Part shown: positions 1 through 14,003 of the stretch, in pieces
Numbering within the stretch: the first letter of the stretch is position 1
How the letters are laid out: each line of letters starts with the position of its first letter
From: Lingula anatina
Taxonomy: Eukaryota > Animalia > Brachiopoda
Reading direction: 5' to 3'
DNA length: 64,000 nt
Assembly (NCBI GenBank): GCA_051362555.1
Contig: CM120649.1
Coordinates: forward strand, 20,193,566-20,257,565
The notes under the pieces: generated by a model
Told to the model about the DNA's origin: nothing
The model's database searches: none
What the model saw: only the letters and a program-made list of their open reading frames with translations
Made by a program: the position numbers and the translations under genes

Positions 1-156
1 TTACAATGCTTCCTCTGCTATATCATTGACACAGGTATTCCTATATAAAAAGGTGTCATTAGCACACAATGTGTTTGAGGAAAGTGATCCGTGTTATTTC
101 AAGCATAGTTTGTAATGTGCAGTGAGGGTGACATGATGTGTGTCCTTGTTGTGGGG

Positions 157-418
157 CAATTTGGGCTGGTGAAATAACTTCAGGTTAAATTTGGGATGAG
201 ACAGAATACAATTTGGGCTGGTGAAATAACTTCAGGTCAAGTCTGGGATAAGACGGAATACAATTTGGGCTGGTGAAATAACATCTGGTCAAGTCTGGGA
301 TAAGACAGAATACAATTTGGGCTGGTGAAATAACATCTGGTCAAGTCTGGGATAAGACTGAATACAATTTGGGCTGGTGAAATAACATCAGGTCAAGTCT
401 GGGATAAGACGGAATACA
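157..418. repeat. 52-bp minisatellite x5
   Basis: CAATTTGGGCTGGTGAAATAAC... at 157, 209, 261, 313 and 365. Confidence 0.9.
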
Positions 419-2271
419 TTTGATTCACTTCTTAACTCATAACTCAAATCGTTTTCTCTGCTGTGATTCACAATTCTAGAATCTCGTGTTATATCTAAGA
501 GACAAGGAATAAACGTTTGCTTTAGTTCAAATGTACATGTTGTATTGGCAGGTAATCAGCGGGGTGGCAGCGTCAGCCTGACTCTGCCAAGATCTAGGGG
601 TCTTTTCTCTCCCATACAGTTCACCCAGATTACTTCCGCATCTACTTGAAATGATTTGTACAAGAGAGGCCGAGATAAGATAATCCTGACCTTTGCTTGG
701 TTAAATACACTACTGTGGTGGGAGGGCTATTAGGGGAGACCTGAGAGTGAGCCCCTGAATGGTGTCAAGTACCCTTGAAGACATGCAGTCAATGATCCCT
801 GTTCTAATGTCTTGGTCTAGGCCAGCTAGGCAATGATGCCTTTTTTTTAATGTCTCATTGCACCTCATTGTTGAAAATTTGAAAAACCAATTATATATAT
901 CTACTCCAGAGGAAGGAAATCTTTGGTTTTCGTGCAGCAAACAATTTGGTGTTCTTTACATAATATCTAGCTCACTTATCTGACTGTGTCTAGATAACCA
1001 GTCACACACTTAGGAGACGTCTCTTGCCTTTGTACAGTTGACTCAACAAACCTGACCAATTTTCCCAAAGAATATGATTTTCAAAAATCTTTGCTGACAA
1101 CTAATATTAGTTTAAACTCTGGAGCTTGTGGTTCTTTCCAGAACAAGATGAAACTTGGTGTCATGTGTAACATACCTGCCTCTTGTGGAGCATGTATCAA
1201 AGAACTCACTGAGGCACACTAGAATTGGGGCATATTATTCAGCAGTTTTTCACTTGCTTTATTTTGGGCATATTTGGGAACAAGAATTTCACAATATATA
1301 CTTCCTACATGCAATTATAATATTGAGTACAATTATATGTACATAAAAAGGACAAAGGTTCGAGACTTTTCCATCCCTTCAGCATACTCTAGATATGGGA
1401 GTGCAGCTCCTGTGGTTTGGTGAAAAAAGTCTCTGTGGCTCTGGTACAGGGTACGTCTTGTATATTTAGCATGGGTAATCCTTTCTGTCATGTTTCTCCA
1501 CATGTTCACACTGCCTTCAGCACAAAATACACATGACTAATGATTATGTGCATAATTAGTTCAATCTTTAACAGTTATCATGCTGATCACTATGCAGGAA
1601 TTACATGTCTATTGCTTGTATACATAATTGGGCCTGTTGGAAATATTAAAGATTATGTATTTAAGTGTGTTTGTATGCTGTTAACAGGAGGGTAATGAGG
1701 GCAAAACACCACAGGATTGGGTAGAATAATGAGTCCACAATTGATGACAGCTGTGTTAGTAAGACGTAGGATGTAACTGTCCTTGTTCACTCCCTGATAC
1801 ATATGATACTTATGTCTTTTTTTAGACATCTTATTGTTTCATGTAAAATGTATTATTTATTTTTGTGAAATGTAGCTATTATTATCATTTGTTTTAATTT
1901 TAGACAGTAGGACAAATGCATTATTTTGACTATTATTATTCAGATGAAAAGAAATGCAACAGTGATTTAGGGTGCTCAAATGTATGATATTAATTTTGTC
2001 CTCTGATAAGATGAGATAAGAATTTATTCAGCTAGTTACAAAAACTGAAAATCATTTGCCTTTGGAGCAAAGTTTTATAAATGTACAAAGTAAAAGAAAC
2101 TCAATAAATGAATTAAGAAAAAAAAAAAAAAAAACAAATTAAGATGTGTTCCTGGCTTTGGATAAACACTGTTTTGAAAGAGCCTACTGCTGCCAGGTCA
2201 AAAGGTAAACAGTGGTGCTGGCGAAGAAGAGTCCTCCATGTTGCTTTCATTCTTTTTTACCCTATCTGGCC

Positions 2272-2400
2272 TTTAAAATATCACTCAGCTTGAAGAGATT
2301 CTGTCCAATAATCTTAAAAATATCACTCAGCTTGAGGAGATTCTGTCCAATAATCTTAAAAATATCACTCAGCTTGAGGAGATTCTGTCCAATAATCTTA
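2272..2400. repeat. 42-bp tandem repeat x3
   Basis: AAATATCACTCAGCTTGAGGAGATTCTGTCCAATAATCTTA recurs with period 42. Confidence 0.9.
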
Positions 2401-3089
2401 CCTGCAGTTTTAACAACATTAGTAGTACTTATTTCTTAGTTTTTTTTACATTCCTCCCCAGTAGTCCCGATTTACCAAATTGTAATGTCATATGTCAGAA
2501 TACTTTTGATCACACACCTGTTAAGTTGACTAAAATAGGACCACTGTCAGTAAAGTCCTGAGTGATCTTAAACAATTCAGTCTTTGTCATGATTTATTTA
2601 GTATATGCTCTTTATGGTGTTATCTCTCCAGGTAAGTTAATTTACTAATAATATGAATGCCAACAAGTTTTTCCTGTCTTACTTCAATGTTTACGTGTTT
2701 GGAAGGCAGAGATAATATGATATTATTAATTTTTATTTGGAGGGTGTATATATATGTTTTGAGGATGAATGAAGGAATTGAACACTTAGCATTTATATCT
2801 GCCATGTTTGCTTCACTATGATTTTTTTTTTATTTTGCTTTTAATTAATAAGACATATATTATCTGTGTGCTTGTTTCCCTTTTCTATTTTATAATGTAA
2901 ACAAAGCATTTGAATAAAAATCTAGTATTATGATTCTGCCTGGTTTGTTATCTAACAGCCTAACTCAAAATTTTCCAGACAGCTCAGAAATATGGGCCAA
3001 CTTAGAATCAATTATATTTTAGTGATGCTCCGTTAATTATAGTTAGTAGTTAGAAAAAGAATAAGCTTTATCCCAGTGTGTCTTTTCAG

Positions 3090-6000
3090 GTCCAGTGGCA
3101 AGTGCCTTCACATCTAAGTACGGTTGCCGGGTGACAACAATAGCAGGGGCTGCACTGGCTGCCGTGGGGTTCATTGTCAGCATTTTTTCTCCAAACTTAT
3201 ACATGCTGTACTTTACATTTGGAATTGTTGGAGGTAAGAAGACAGTAATATCTGCTAAAACAATAATAATACAGTTACTGTACAACATTGTATACCATAA
3301 TACTACCAGATTGAAGTACAGTGTATCAGGCAGTGGCTTATCTAAGAATTTCAAAACATATGAATGATTATATACCATTGGTGCACGTTTGACTCAGCTG
3401 GGCTGGACTAACCAGAGTCATTCATTGTATAGTATTGATCAGATAATTTACTGTTGAGTTGGCATGATACTTCTAGGTGAGATTAGTGTTATAAAATGCT
3501 TTTGTCCCATCAGTCTTGAATTAAGTCTCAGCTCTGTGATCATACAAAATGCATTTTAACAATATTAAAAGGAAATACGTATTATTTTCAATGCAAGCAT
3601 GCCAGTTAACATCATACTATTGAAACTTCACAGTTTCTTTTTTACATGATAAATGTTACAACTGTCACAAAATAATAAGATGTTGAAGACATTTTATGGG
3701 ACAATATGTTCAATTAGAAAAACACTGTTATTTCACTTTCATCCTCTGATTTCTAATTCATTTGTTATATTGTTCTTTAGGTCTGGGATTTGGTCTGATC
3801 TACCTCCCAGCCATCATCAGTGTGGGATTCTACTTTGATATCTGATCCATTTGTTCCATTGTTCTTTAGGTCTGGGATTTGGTCTGATCTACCTCCCGGC
3901 CATCGTCAGTGTGGGATTCTACTTTGATATCTGATTCATTTGTTCCATTGTTCTTGAGGTCTGGGGTTTGGTCTGATCTACCTCCCAGCCATCGTCAGTG
4001 TGGGATTCTACTTTGATATCTGATTCATTTGTTCCATTGTTCTTCAGGTCTGGGGTTTGGTCTGATCTACCTCCCAGCCATCGTCAGTGTGGGATTCTAT
4101 TTTGATATCTGATCCATTTGTTCCATTGTTCTTCAGGTCTAGGATTTGGTCTGATCTACCTCCCAGCCATCGTCAGTGTGGGATTCTACTTTGATATCTG
4201 ATCCATTTGTTCCATTGTTCTTCAGGTCTGGGATATGGTCTGATCTACCTCCCAGCCATCATCAGTGTGGGATTCTACTTTGATATCTGATCCATTTGTT
4301 CCATTGTTCTTCAGGTCTGGGATTTAGTCTGATCTACCTCCCAGCCATCATCAGTGTGGGATTCTACTTTGATATCTGATCCATTTGTTCCATTGTTCTT
4401 CAGGTCTGGGATATGGTCTGATCTACCTCCCAGCCATTGTCAGTGTGGGATTCTACTTTGATATCTGATCCATTTGTTCCATTGTTCTTCAGGTCTGGTG
4501 TTTGGTCTGATCTACCTCCCAGCCATCATCAGTGTGGGATTCTACTTAGATATCTGATCCATTTGCTCCATTGTTCTTCAGGTCTAGGGTTTGGTCTGAT
4601 CTACCTCCCAGCCATCGTCAGTGTGGGATTCTACTTTGAGAAGCGCCGTGCGTTTGCCACTGGCCTTGCAGTGTGTGGGAGTGGGCTGGGCACCTTCATC
4701 TTTGCCCCCTTCTCCACTGAGTTAGTCCATGAGTATGGCTGGCGGGGGGCTGTCCTCATACAGGCTGGTCTTATCCTCAACTGTATTCTGTGTGGTGCTG
4801 TATTCAGACCTTTATATTCAGCCCGAGAGCAGCGTGAAATGAGGGAGGCACGTATTGAGAAACGTTTGAGAAAGAAATTAGGTAAAATAGACAAAGATGG
4901 AGATGTTAAAGCTGCCACAGTGAAGAATGGACAGGGGTCAGCACAGAAGCCGTTGTTACGGAGCCGTAGCACTGCATCTGAGTCCCACACAGTAACAGTT
5001 CAGACACCACTGCCGCCATCTATGATCAAAAGTGAGAGTGATATTCGCAGTGGCAATGTTATAGTGGAAGACCCGCGCTCGCCCTCTGTTGTTCGTAGTC
5101 TGTCTCACCTTGGCTTTAAGCCACACCACACTGTCATGCAGAGGAAAGATGTCCTCTATGTGGGAAGTCTGCGTAATATCCCTCTTTATCGTTCCAATGT
5201 CAGCGTCTACCAGGCAAGTGTTTTGTCAATACCTCATGTAGTTCCACCTTCAGAAACAGATGAACCGGTGGGCTTCTGCACTCAGATGAAGGACTCTTTC
5301 CTTGAAATGATGGATTTCACCCTCCTCAAGGACTGGGTCTTCATCATATTTGCCATTTCCAACTTCCTGACCAGTATAGGGTTCAATGCCCCCTTCATCT
5401 ATATCCCAGACCGTGCTCTGCAGGAAGGCTATGATGAACACTCTGCGGCCTGGCTGCTGTCAGGAGTTGGCATAGGAAACACTGTAGGCAGGATTGTGTT
5501 TGGTCTGATGTCTGACTGGAAGTGGGTGAACAGACTCTGGCTGTATAACATTACCCTGACCATATGTGGTGTAGCCACCGTGTTCAGCTCTTTTATGAAG
5601 TCCTACCCTCTGATGATGGTGTATGCTTGTACATTTGGCTGCTTTATAGGTAAGTGAAGAGCAGGGGAAGAAGCTGCTTAACTTGGCATGTTCATGTCCT
5701 TTTATTTGAAGCAAGACAGATTATTATATTGGACCTCCAAAGAATAATAAATTGATTTTCATAGCATTGGAAATCTTCTGCTAGGCTAAAATGCATGCCA
5801 CAGTTGAAAATTGACCCAGTTCTATTATTTCCAATGTCCATTGGTTTTCTGATTTTTATCAGATGGACATATTTAGAGCAGCCTATTTTTGTTATGTCTT
5901 TGTTGCACAGGTAAACCATAAAGTGTTTGCACTAAATTAAAGGGGTATGTTATCTACTCAGTTTTGATGCAAATGCTGGACTGCAAGTTGAGCAGAATTT

Positions 6001-7582
6001 ACTGGCTGTATTTTGAAGAAAAAAGGTCCCTTTTCATTTTTTTCTTCTGTGTTTGAAATCCAGGCATAAATGTTACAGAAATGAGATAGCCAACATATTA
6101 TTTTATAATTATAACTGTCAGCTTATAAATTTACATGTTTATGTTTAGCTGATACTTCAGGTGTACCATGAGCAGAGATACTGCAGATTTGGTTTTTGAC
6201 TTCAGATGCCTTACTTGACTGATACTTGTTACATTCCATGAGTTGAAGACTTGGTTTTTGACTTCAGGTGCCTATGTTGGCTTGACCAGTGTGATATTGG
6301 TGGACTTGCTGGGCCTGGAAAGACTGACTAGTTCCTTTGGACTTGTGCTAATGTTCCAGGGGATTGCCACACTCATTGGTCCTCCTATTGTGGGTAAGTC
6401 ATCTGTCCACATCCACCACACTCATTGGTCCTCCTATTGTGGGTAAGTCATCTGTCTACATCCACCACACTCATTGGTCCTCCTATTGTGGGTAAGTCAT
6501 CTGTCTACATCCACCACACTCATTGGTCCTCCTATTGGGGGTAAGTCATCTGTCCACATCCACCACACTCATTGGTCCTCCTATTGTGGGTAAGTCATCT
6601 GTCCACATCCACCACACTCATTGGTCCTCCTATTTTGGGTAAGTCATCTGTCTACATCCACCACACTCATTGGTCCTCCTATTGTGGGTAAGTCATCTGT
6701 CCACATCCACCACCCTCATTGGTCGTCCTATTGTGGGTAAGTCATCTGTCTACATCCACCACACTCATTGGTCCTCCTATTGTGGGTAAGTCATCTGTCC
6801 ACATCCACCACACTCATTGGTCCTCCTATTGTGGGTAAGTCATCTGTCTACATCCACCACACTCGTTGGTCCTCGAGTTGTGGGTAAGTCATCTGTCTAC
6901 ATCCACCACACTCATTGGTCCTCCTATTGTGGGTAAGTCATCTGTCTACATCCACCACACTCATTGGTCGTCCTGTTGTGGGTAAGTCATCTGTCTACAT
7001 CCACCACACTCATTGGTCCTCCTATTGTGGGTAAGTCATCTGTCTACATCCACCACCCTCATCCATGCAAATGGTGACAGTGTACACCAAGTCAGTACAC
7101 ATGCTTGTTTTATCATATATATTTATTCACACACAAGGTAATAGGTAAAAGTAGCATTTAATTTTTTATGGTTTTAAGAAAAAAAGTCCAACCAACAGTC
7201 ATCATATGACTTATTTTTGCTGATAGTGGAGGTAGCATGTTGCCAGTATTGGGGCACAGGTTTGGTATCACACAGAACTGTTTAGAACTGATGTATTACT
7301 AATATTATTGTCACTGATGCTGATACTGTTTGTATAAGTAGAATAATAATAATAATAATATGTTATTTTTCCCCAGGATGGGTGTTTGATGGCACCAATA
7401 GTTATGATATAGCCTTCTACATCACCGGGTCCATGGTGGCCCTCAGTGGAATGATGCTGTTTGTAATCCCACAAGTGCAGCGCTGGCAGGACAAGAAGAG
7501 GGGCGTCACCAAAAAAGAGATTGAAATGGGGAAGATTGTTTCACCAGATCAACCTATAACTCCTGAAGCCCAAAGTGTTTAG
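3090..7582 (+). CDS. Monocarboxylate transporter (SLC16/MFS family), 3' four coding exons; 5' exons lie upstream of the window
   Basis: Exons 3090-3233, 4582-5649, 6268-6393 and 7377-7582, all GT-AG with phase-1 junctions that join in frame. The product has SLC16 motifs: GPVASAFTSKYGCR, GLGFGLIYLPAIVSVGFYFEKRRAFATGLAVCGSG, YGWRGA, a long central loop, GRIVFGLMSD, GLERLTSSFGL and GPPIVGWVFD. Stop TAG at 7580-7582. Confidence 0.93.
3752..4639 (+). repeat. 89-bp tandem array x10 spanning the acceptor of the large MCT exon
   Basis: AG acceptors end at 3780, 3869, 3958, 4047, 4136, 4225, 4314, 4403, 4492 and 4581. Each is followed by the first ~58 nt of the exon. Confidence 0.95.
6367..7062 (+). 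repeat. 49-bp tandem array x14 spanning an MCT donor site
   Basis: Unit CCACACTCATTGGTCCTCCTATTGTGG|GTAAGTCATCTGTCYACATCCA, with GT donors at 6394+49n up to 7031. Confidence 0.95.
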
Positions 7583-7997
7583 GATGTTTCCTAAGAACAG
7601 AAAATCATGATGTCTTCGAAAATTATAGAGGAATTTAGAAACTGTTGTTTAAAAAACATGGGATACATGACAATGACTGTCTCTTGGATATTTTTTTCTA
7701 TTATAGAAGAGAAAAAATGTGAGAACACACTGCAGGTGTTGTTCGTGAAAAACAAATGTTTAAGGAAGATAAATATCACCTGATAAGAGATTATCAGAGA
7801 TGCTCTACTCTCTTGGAACACCTGTCCTAGACTAGAATAGGACAGTTTTTAACTAACAAAACTGGTTGATGGCTTTCTATGAAAACATCTCATGCTGTTT
7901 TGTAGCATCTAACTCTTCCTGCTGTCAGCATCTGGAAACTGCCATTCATTGGGTCACAATGTGCACTCCAACACAGTGGTAAACCTGGACTGGTTGA

Positions 7998-8543
7998 GAT
8001 GACCAGCCAGGTGAACTCTGTGGGATAACCGGCCATGTGAACTCTGCGGGATGACCGGCCAGGTGAACTCTGCGGTATGACCAGGCAGGCAAACTCTGCG
8101 GGATGACCAACCAGGGGAACTCTGCGGGATGACCAACCAGGTGAACTCTGCAGGATGACCAGCCAGGTGAACTCTGCGGGACGACCAGCCAGGTGAACTC
8201 TGCGGGATGACCAGCCAGGTGAACTCTGCAGGATGACCAGCCAGGTGAACTCTGCGGGACGACCAGCCAGGTGAACTCTGCCGGATGACCAGCCAGGTGA
8301 ACTCTGTGGGATGACCAGCCAGGTGAACACTGCGGGATAACCAGCCAGGCCAACTCTGCGGGATGACCAACCAGGGGAACTCTTCAGGATGACAAGCCAG
8401 GTGCACTTAGGATGACCAACCAGGTGAACTTTGCGGGATGACCGGCCAGGTGAACTCTGCGGGATGACCAGCCAGGCAAACTCTGCAGGATGACCAGCCA
8501 GGTGAACTCTGTGGGATGACCGGCCAGGTGAACTCCATGGGAT
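7998..8543. repeat. 26-bp minisatellite, about 21 copies, in the probable MCT 3' UTR
   Basis: Unit GATGACCAGCCAGGTGAACTCTGCGG. Confidence 0.92.
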
Positions 8544-8980
8544 CAGAAAAATATTGTCAATTTAGAGCACATTCAGAATTGATGATTTGTGGTATAAAAA
8601 TGGCCAACCCCACTTCTAAGCAAGCTGCCTAATCCCCTAATGGTGTTCCCGCCTCTATATGTGCCAAGAAATGGATTAAATCTTGGCTCCGGGGTTTAAT
8701 TGCTTTTAGAGTAAATTATTATATTATTTAACATGTTATTAGATTTAAAACCTTATTGTTGGACCTGAGGCAGTCTAGGTGTATGTGTGTGTCTGCACAT
8801 GAGAGTGTTGTGTGTGTTCTAGTACTTGTCCATGTGAGTATTAAACAGAAGCTTTCTTCAGAGAACCAGGGTCTGAAAACGTGAATTATTTATCCTATGA
8901 AGAGATAAACCAGTTATAAGACCCGATATTTTAGTGAGCCATTGATTAATGTGAGTTTGTTATATCTTATATATGATTGT

Positions 8981-9110
8981 ATATTGATTGGGAATTTATG
9001 TCCCATGCAGTAATAATTATGCCATATGCATATATTGATTGGGAATTTATGTCCCATGCAGTAATAATTATACCATATGCACATATTGATTGGGAATTTG
9101 TCCCATGCAA
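8981..9110. repeat. About 51-bp tandem repeat x2.5
   Basis: ATATTGATTGGGAATTTATGTCCCATGCAGTAATAATTAT is repeated. Confidence 0.8.
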
Positions 9111-9607
9111 TTACATTTATACTATATTGTAATATTCCAATGACCTGTGAATGCCAGCAGATAGCCAGAATACCTCATAAGAACTTTTAATTGGTTGCTG
9201 ATCTCAATCACATGCGCTTACAAATTTAGCTTTAAATATTTTTAAAATTTAAATCTTTTAAATGTTTTACAGTATTTCTATCAGAAAATTCTTTAACAAA
9301 TGGTTATTCCATAGCTTTGTATGGGTGTTGAAGACAACATAGATATTACCTCATCAGTGAAATTAATGTTTTAATGATTTTAATCAAGTTTACATATAAA
9401 CTGCCATATTCTATCCTCACAGATATTTTTCATTATAAAGTAATAGTAAGGATTACTTACCAATATACTCCAGTATTTTTGTTGTGTGCTGTGCCATATT
9501 AATTGTCTCATTTGTTTACCAGAAAGTTTGTATATCATGATTATTTGTTGTGAACCATTATAATTACATTTTCAATGTAGTTCAACCTGTCCATCATGTA
9601 ACACTCA

Positions 9608-10150
9608 GCCTGCTAACATTGTATGTAACTCATATAACACTAACATTGTATGTAGGACATGTGGTCAACAGGACAAGGATCAGGGCCTGCTAACATATTG
9701 TATGTAGGGTGGTCAGCAGGACAAGGATCAGGGCCTGCTAACATATTGTATGTAGGGTGGTCAACAGGACAAGGATCAGGGCCTGCTAACATTGTATGTA
9801 GGGTGGTCAACAGGACAAGGATCAGGGCCTGCTAACATTGTATGTAAGGTGGTCAGCAGGACAAGGATCAGGGCCTGCTAACATTGTATGTAGGGTGGTC
9901 AGCAGGACAAGGATCAGGGCCTGCTAACATTGTATGTAGGGTGGTCAACAGGACAAGGATCAGGGCCTGCTAACATTGTATGTAAGGTGGTCAGCAGGAC
10001 AAGGATCAGGGCCTGCTAAAATTGTATGTAGGGTGGTCAGCAGGACAAGGACCAGGGCCTGCTAACATTGTATGTAGGGTGGTCAGCAGGACAAGGACCA
10101 GGGCCTGCTAACATTGTATGTAAGGTGGTCAACAGGACAAGGATCAGAGC
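9608..10150. repeat. 46-bp minisatellite, about 11 copies
   Basis: Unit GCCTGCTAACATTGTATGTAGGGTGGTCARCAGGACAAGGATCAGG. Confidence 0.92.
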
Positions 10151-13100
10151 CCATTGTTATATTTACACAATGTTTTTTATGTTGGCCCAGTATCGCACTC
10201 CCTTCTGTTACTATGGAGGAACTGGTTGGTTGGATCCAGCATTTGATCTTTCTAGCAATTGTCTCATGTTTGCCTTTTTGTTGTGCCATATTTAATTTTT
10301 GCTTAACATGCTTAAAGAAGTGTTGTTGTTAAATTGATTCCTTACTAATATACCTCAAAATAAATGGTGCCTGAAATTATAATTCATATTAATCCCTTTA
10401 TTCTAGTCTTTCTTGGTGCAGGTACTCGGGGTAGTTGTGACCTCATTTTATATTCTGCCCCAGTTCTGTACAATTCCAGATGAAGAAGTTCAGCAGGAGT
10501 TCTGACAGCAGAATCACTCCAGTCCATAGATGAGTATTACATTGTCTTAACATATCTTATTGTACTGTTATAATTTGTTAATCATCAAAACCAAAACAAT
10601 ATTTTTTTAATATTGAGATATATTCTGTCTTTTCACTTGTTTTACTGTTAACTTTTTCTGTCTTTGAAGTACTTTGTCCCAGTCTAAGTGATCTTATTTG
10701 TTGACTGTATAAAGGCAGAACTGTTTCTCAGTGACTGAAAATAAACTGGGGCATTTTATTTGTTAAAGTGCATTTCAAGATAAAAAAAAAAATAATGAAT
10801 AGACTTGGATCATTGTTATTGATTAGTTATTGCATTTTTGTCATGTTTTGTATCACTCATATTTGCATAGACTCCCTTTAATCAGTTTTTTTTATTCATT
10901 GTTTTTGTTAACAGTCTGAATACATTATAGCCTTACTCACAAGAAGGATTAAGTACAATATTACAGGCCTGATGTGGCCAGATATGCTTCATTGTGGAAA
11001 AAGTCCACTGGAGGATGCTGTGCATGTGATGACATGTTTGAAATATTTGACATATTTGAAAATGATTTGACATATATGAAAATTATTTGATGAAGATAAA
11101 TTGCACCAAGTATGAAATTCTTTGTTACTGCTCAGTAATTTAGAAAATAAAACTTTTTGAAGCTGTCTACTTTCAGATCTTCATCTGCTATACTAGTAGT
11201 AACTTAATAAAATATGTCTATTGTTTATGGCATTACATTTTTTCCTGCATATCTTGAAACTTGTCATACTTTTCTCTGTATTCCAAAATTGAAGAATTTC
11301 CAACTAGAAGGAATTATAGTTGGCAATTCTCTCTTACAAAAGTAAGGCAAGTATTGCAATTGCTTTATATAAACAGATTCTGTGCATAAAATGAAAACTT
11401 TATAAATTAGATTAAACTTGTTTATGTTCAAGGTAATACTCCCAGTGCCTCACAATTCCAGGAATAGGGAAAAAATCTGGAAAAAGTGGGAAGATGTATT
11501 TGGCTATTTAGTAAGTTGAAACAAGCTTGGCACTGTAGAAGAACAATTGAAACTGTGCTAACAAGATGATTTCATCAAACAGTTACAATGGAGTCTGCAC
11601 ACTGTTTTAAAACACACCGCTACTACAAAGCCGTACTGTATCAAAAGGGATATCTTTATTTCTAAATTGCACATGGTCAATATAAACTAATTTATGAATA
11701 TTCAGACGAGATTATTAATACTGCACAATTAGCACCATCTCCAAGTTATCACCTTCAATGATCTGTTCCTTACATTAGGAGTAAAAGCCTAAGGCTCCAG
11801 AACTCAGAGACTCCCCAAAAATGGACAATGGATTTTAACTAAGGAGTGAATGATTTAGTTATCCAGTAGAATTACAAGGAGAATTTGGTAAAACTCTGAT
11901 ATTGGAACTTCCAGTGACAACTGACTGTATGACAATAAATCACTCCATCCAGGTCATTACCTAGTGAAAAGTCTCGGGTTAAAACAACAACAATCAGTTG
12001 TTAATATAAGTTCCAGTATATATCAGAGTTGGACATAATTCTCAATTTTGACTAATCATAACAGATTGAAAAAAAAACCCTTTTGACTGAGACTAAAAAT
12101 TGACCTTATGAAGATAACAACACATTACTAGACTCCATATGCTGTGCTTCAATCTGCAATGTCCCACTGTGACTTAGTGGGAGAATTAAGCAGAGGTATC
12201 AAAGTTGTGTCAAAAATGATGCCATCATCTTGCAGATATGTTTGTTGGACTATAATTCAGCTGCTGACAAAACTAAAGTTAATCTCAAATCTATCACCCT
12301 GATCACCATTTGTTCACCTAATTATCTGAACAGATTAAGACCAACTTGTATCATGAACCCAAAGCCATGAGGATATGAGCCTTCCCATGACATTAAGGTA
12401 GCTTAGTATATAATTATCTGAACAGATTAAGACCAACTTATATCATGAACCCAAAGCCATTAAGGTAGCTTAGTATATACTAACAGATATAGTTATGGAT
12501 TGTCATATATTTGTTCCCTGATTTGATCATAATGGTATGAGATTATTTAATTTAAATAATTTTTAAAAACTCCCATTATGCTACAGCTAAACATATATAT
12601 ATATATATATTACAAATAACATATATATTACAAATAACATATCTATTACATAACTCTAAGTCAAAATCATTGACAAGCAAAGAGCACCAGAAATGATGAC
12701 CTTAGCTATTATGATACTTGGTCTGTTATAATTTACTATTATTATAATTTTTATGATCACAGCAGCACTGAGCACCAGTCACAATTAACTGCTTAATTAA
12801 TGTGATCATTTCTAATAAGAAAGTTCTCATAGATGCTTCACAAATATACAAAGCATCAGACAAAAGTATATGGACAAATTGGATTGGATGCCATGAAAAA
12901 CTGACATTCAAAATGTGCTACACACTATGATAGTCCCAAAAATTCAAACAAACGTGGATTTCAGCAAGAAAGCCTGTAATTACACCTTCACAGAAAACGA
13001 AAACATGACTAGGTTGTCATACAACAAACACTAATGGGCCTGAAATGGTCTTCATCTGCAATTTCAGATCTCAAATGATCTTAATCAATGAGTATGACTA

Positions 13101-14003
13101 TTTTACTGACTTCCAGTTTAGTTGTTATGCAGTGGTCTCTGCTCACACATTTACCCACTGTGAGAGAAGGTAATTGCCTGACTACTTAATTAGAAGTTAG
13201 TCTAATAATAGCCTAACTCATCCAGGTTCAGATCATTTTTATCTTACAAGCAGAGCCAGTCTATGGTAAGACCATTGCCATAATGATTAAGACCATGTAA
13301 GAACAACTGTGATCTGAAATCGAGATTAAGACCATTTCACTGGTGAAGCTGGTACCAGCTTTCTGTCTGCCTAAGATGTTCATCAATCTGAGTTTTCATC
13401 CAAATACTTGGTGGCCAGTCTCTCAGAATTTTTATTTGAGTCCACTGCCAGGTAAGTACACCTTACTATGACTAGATAATACTGTAACTATGGCACACAT
13501 TGCATCCATGACTGACAATACTAGCAGCCGAGAAAGAAAACTACATATCACATGCCATTTCAACATTGAAATATATACCTCTGACTGAGTACACCTTGAA
13601 GGCTACATGTTAAACCTTTTATAGTTACTATATAGCACATTTTATAACCTCTTTCTACAGTCTACATCAATGCCTCTGGCATCATTTCATGTAGAATATT
13701 AGATAATTTGTCAGTATTAAATCAATACATAGTAACCTAACTTCTCTGCAAAATAATCATTTACAATAATGCACACTGTTAAATTTCACTGTTTAGATAT
13801 TGCCAAAATATTCATCAATACCAATACAGGATATTATAAATCAATTAAATATGCAATGATTTCTACATTTTTTTTTCTTCAAATTATGTTTTTGTGCAGA
13901 AAAATAACCATACTGTCTATGAACATATTCTACCAATGAAAATCACTTATTGAACTCCTGTACCATTTCAATGGTGGGAGTATGTCTCATGGCTGTCTGC
14001 CAG

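Noticed and set aside
4437-4581. N-terminal part of the 406-aa ORF
   Set aside because: Intronic repeat read-through; the real exon starts at 4582.
3752-4639. CRISPR-like array or cluster of mutually exclusive exons
   Set aside because: No unique spacers or cas genes. The units have no evident donor sites and end in stops, so they are not cassette exons.
7890-8406. Three overlapping minus-strand ORFs
   Set aside because: Translations of the 26-bp repeat.
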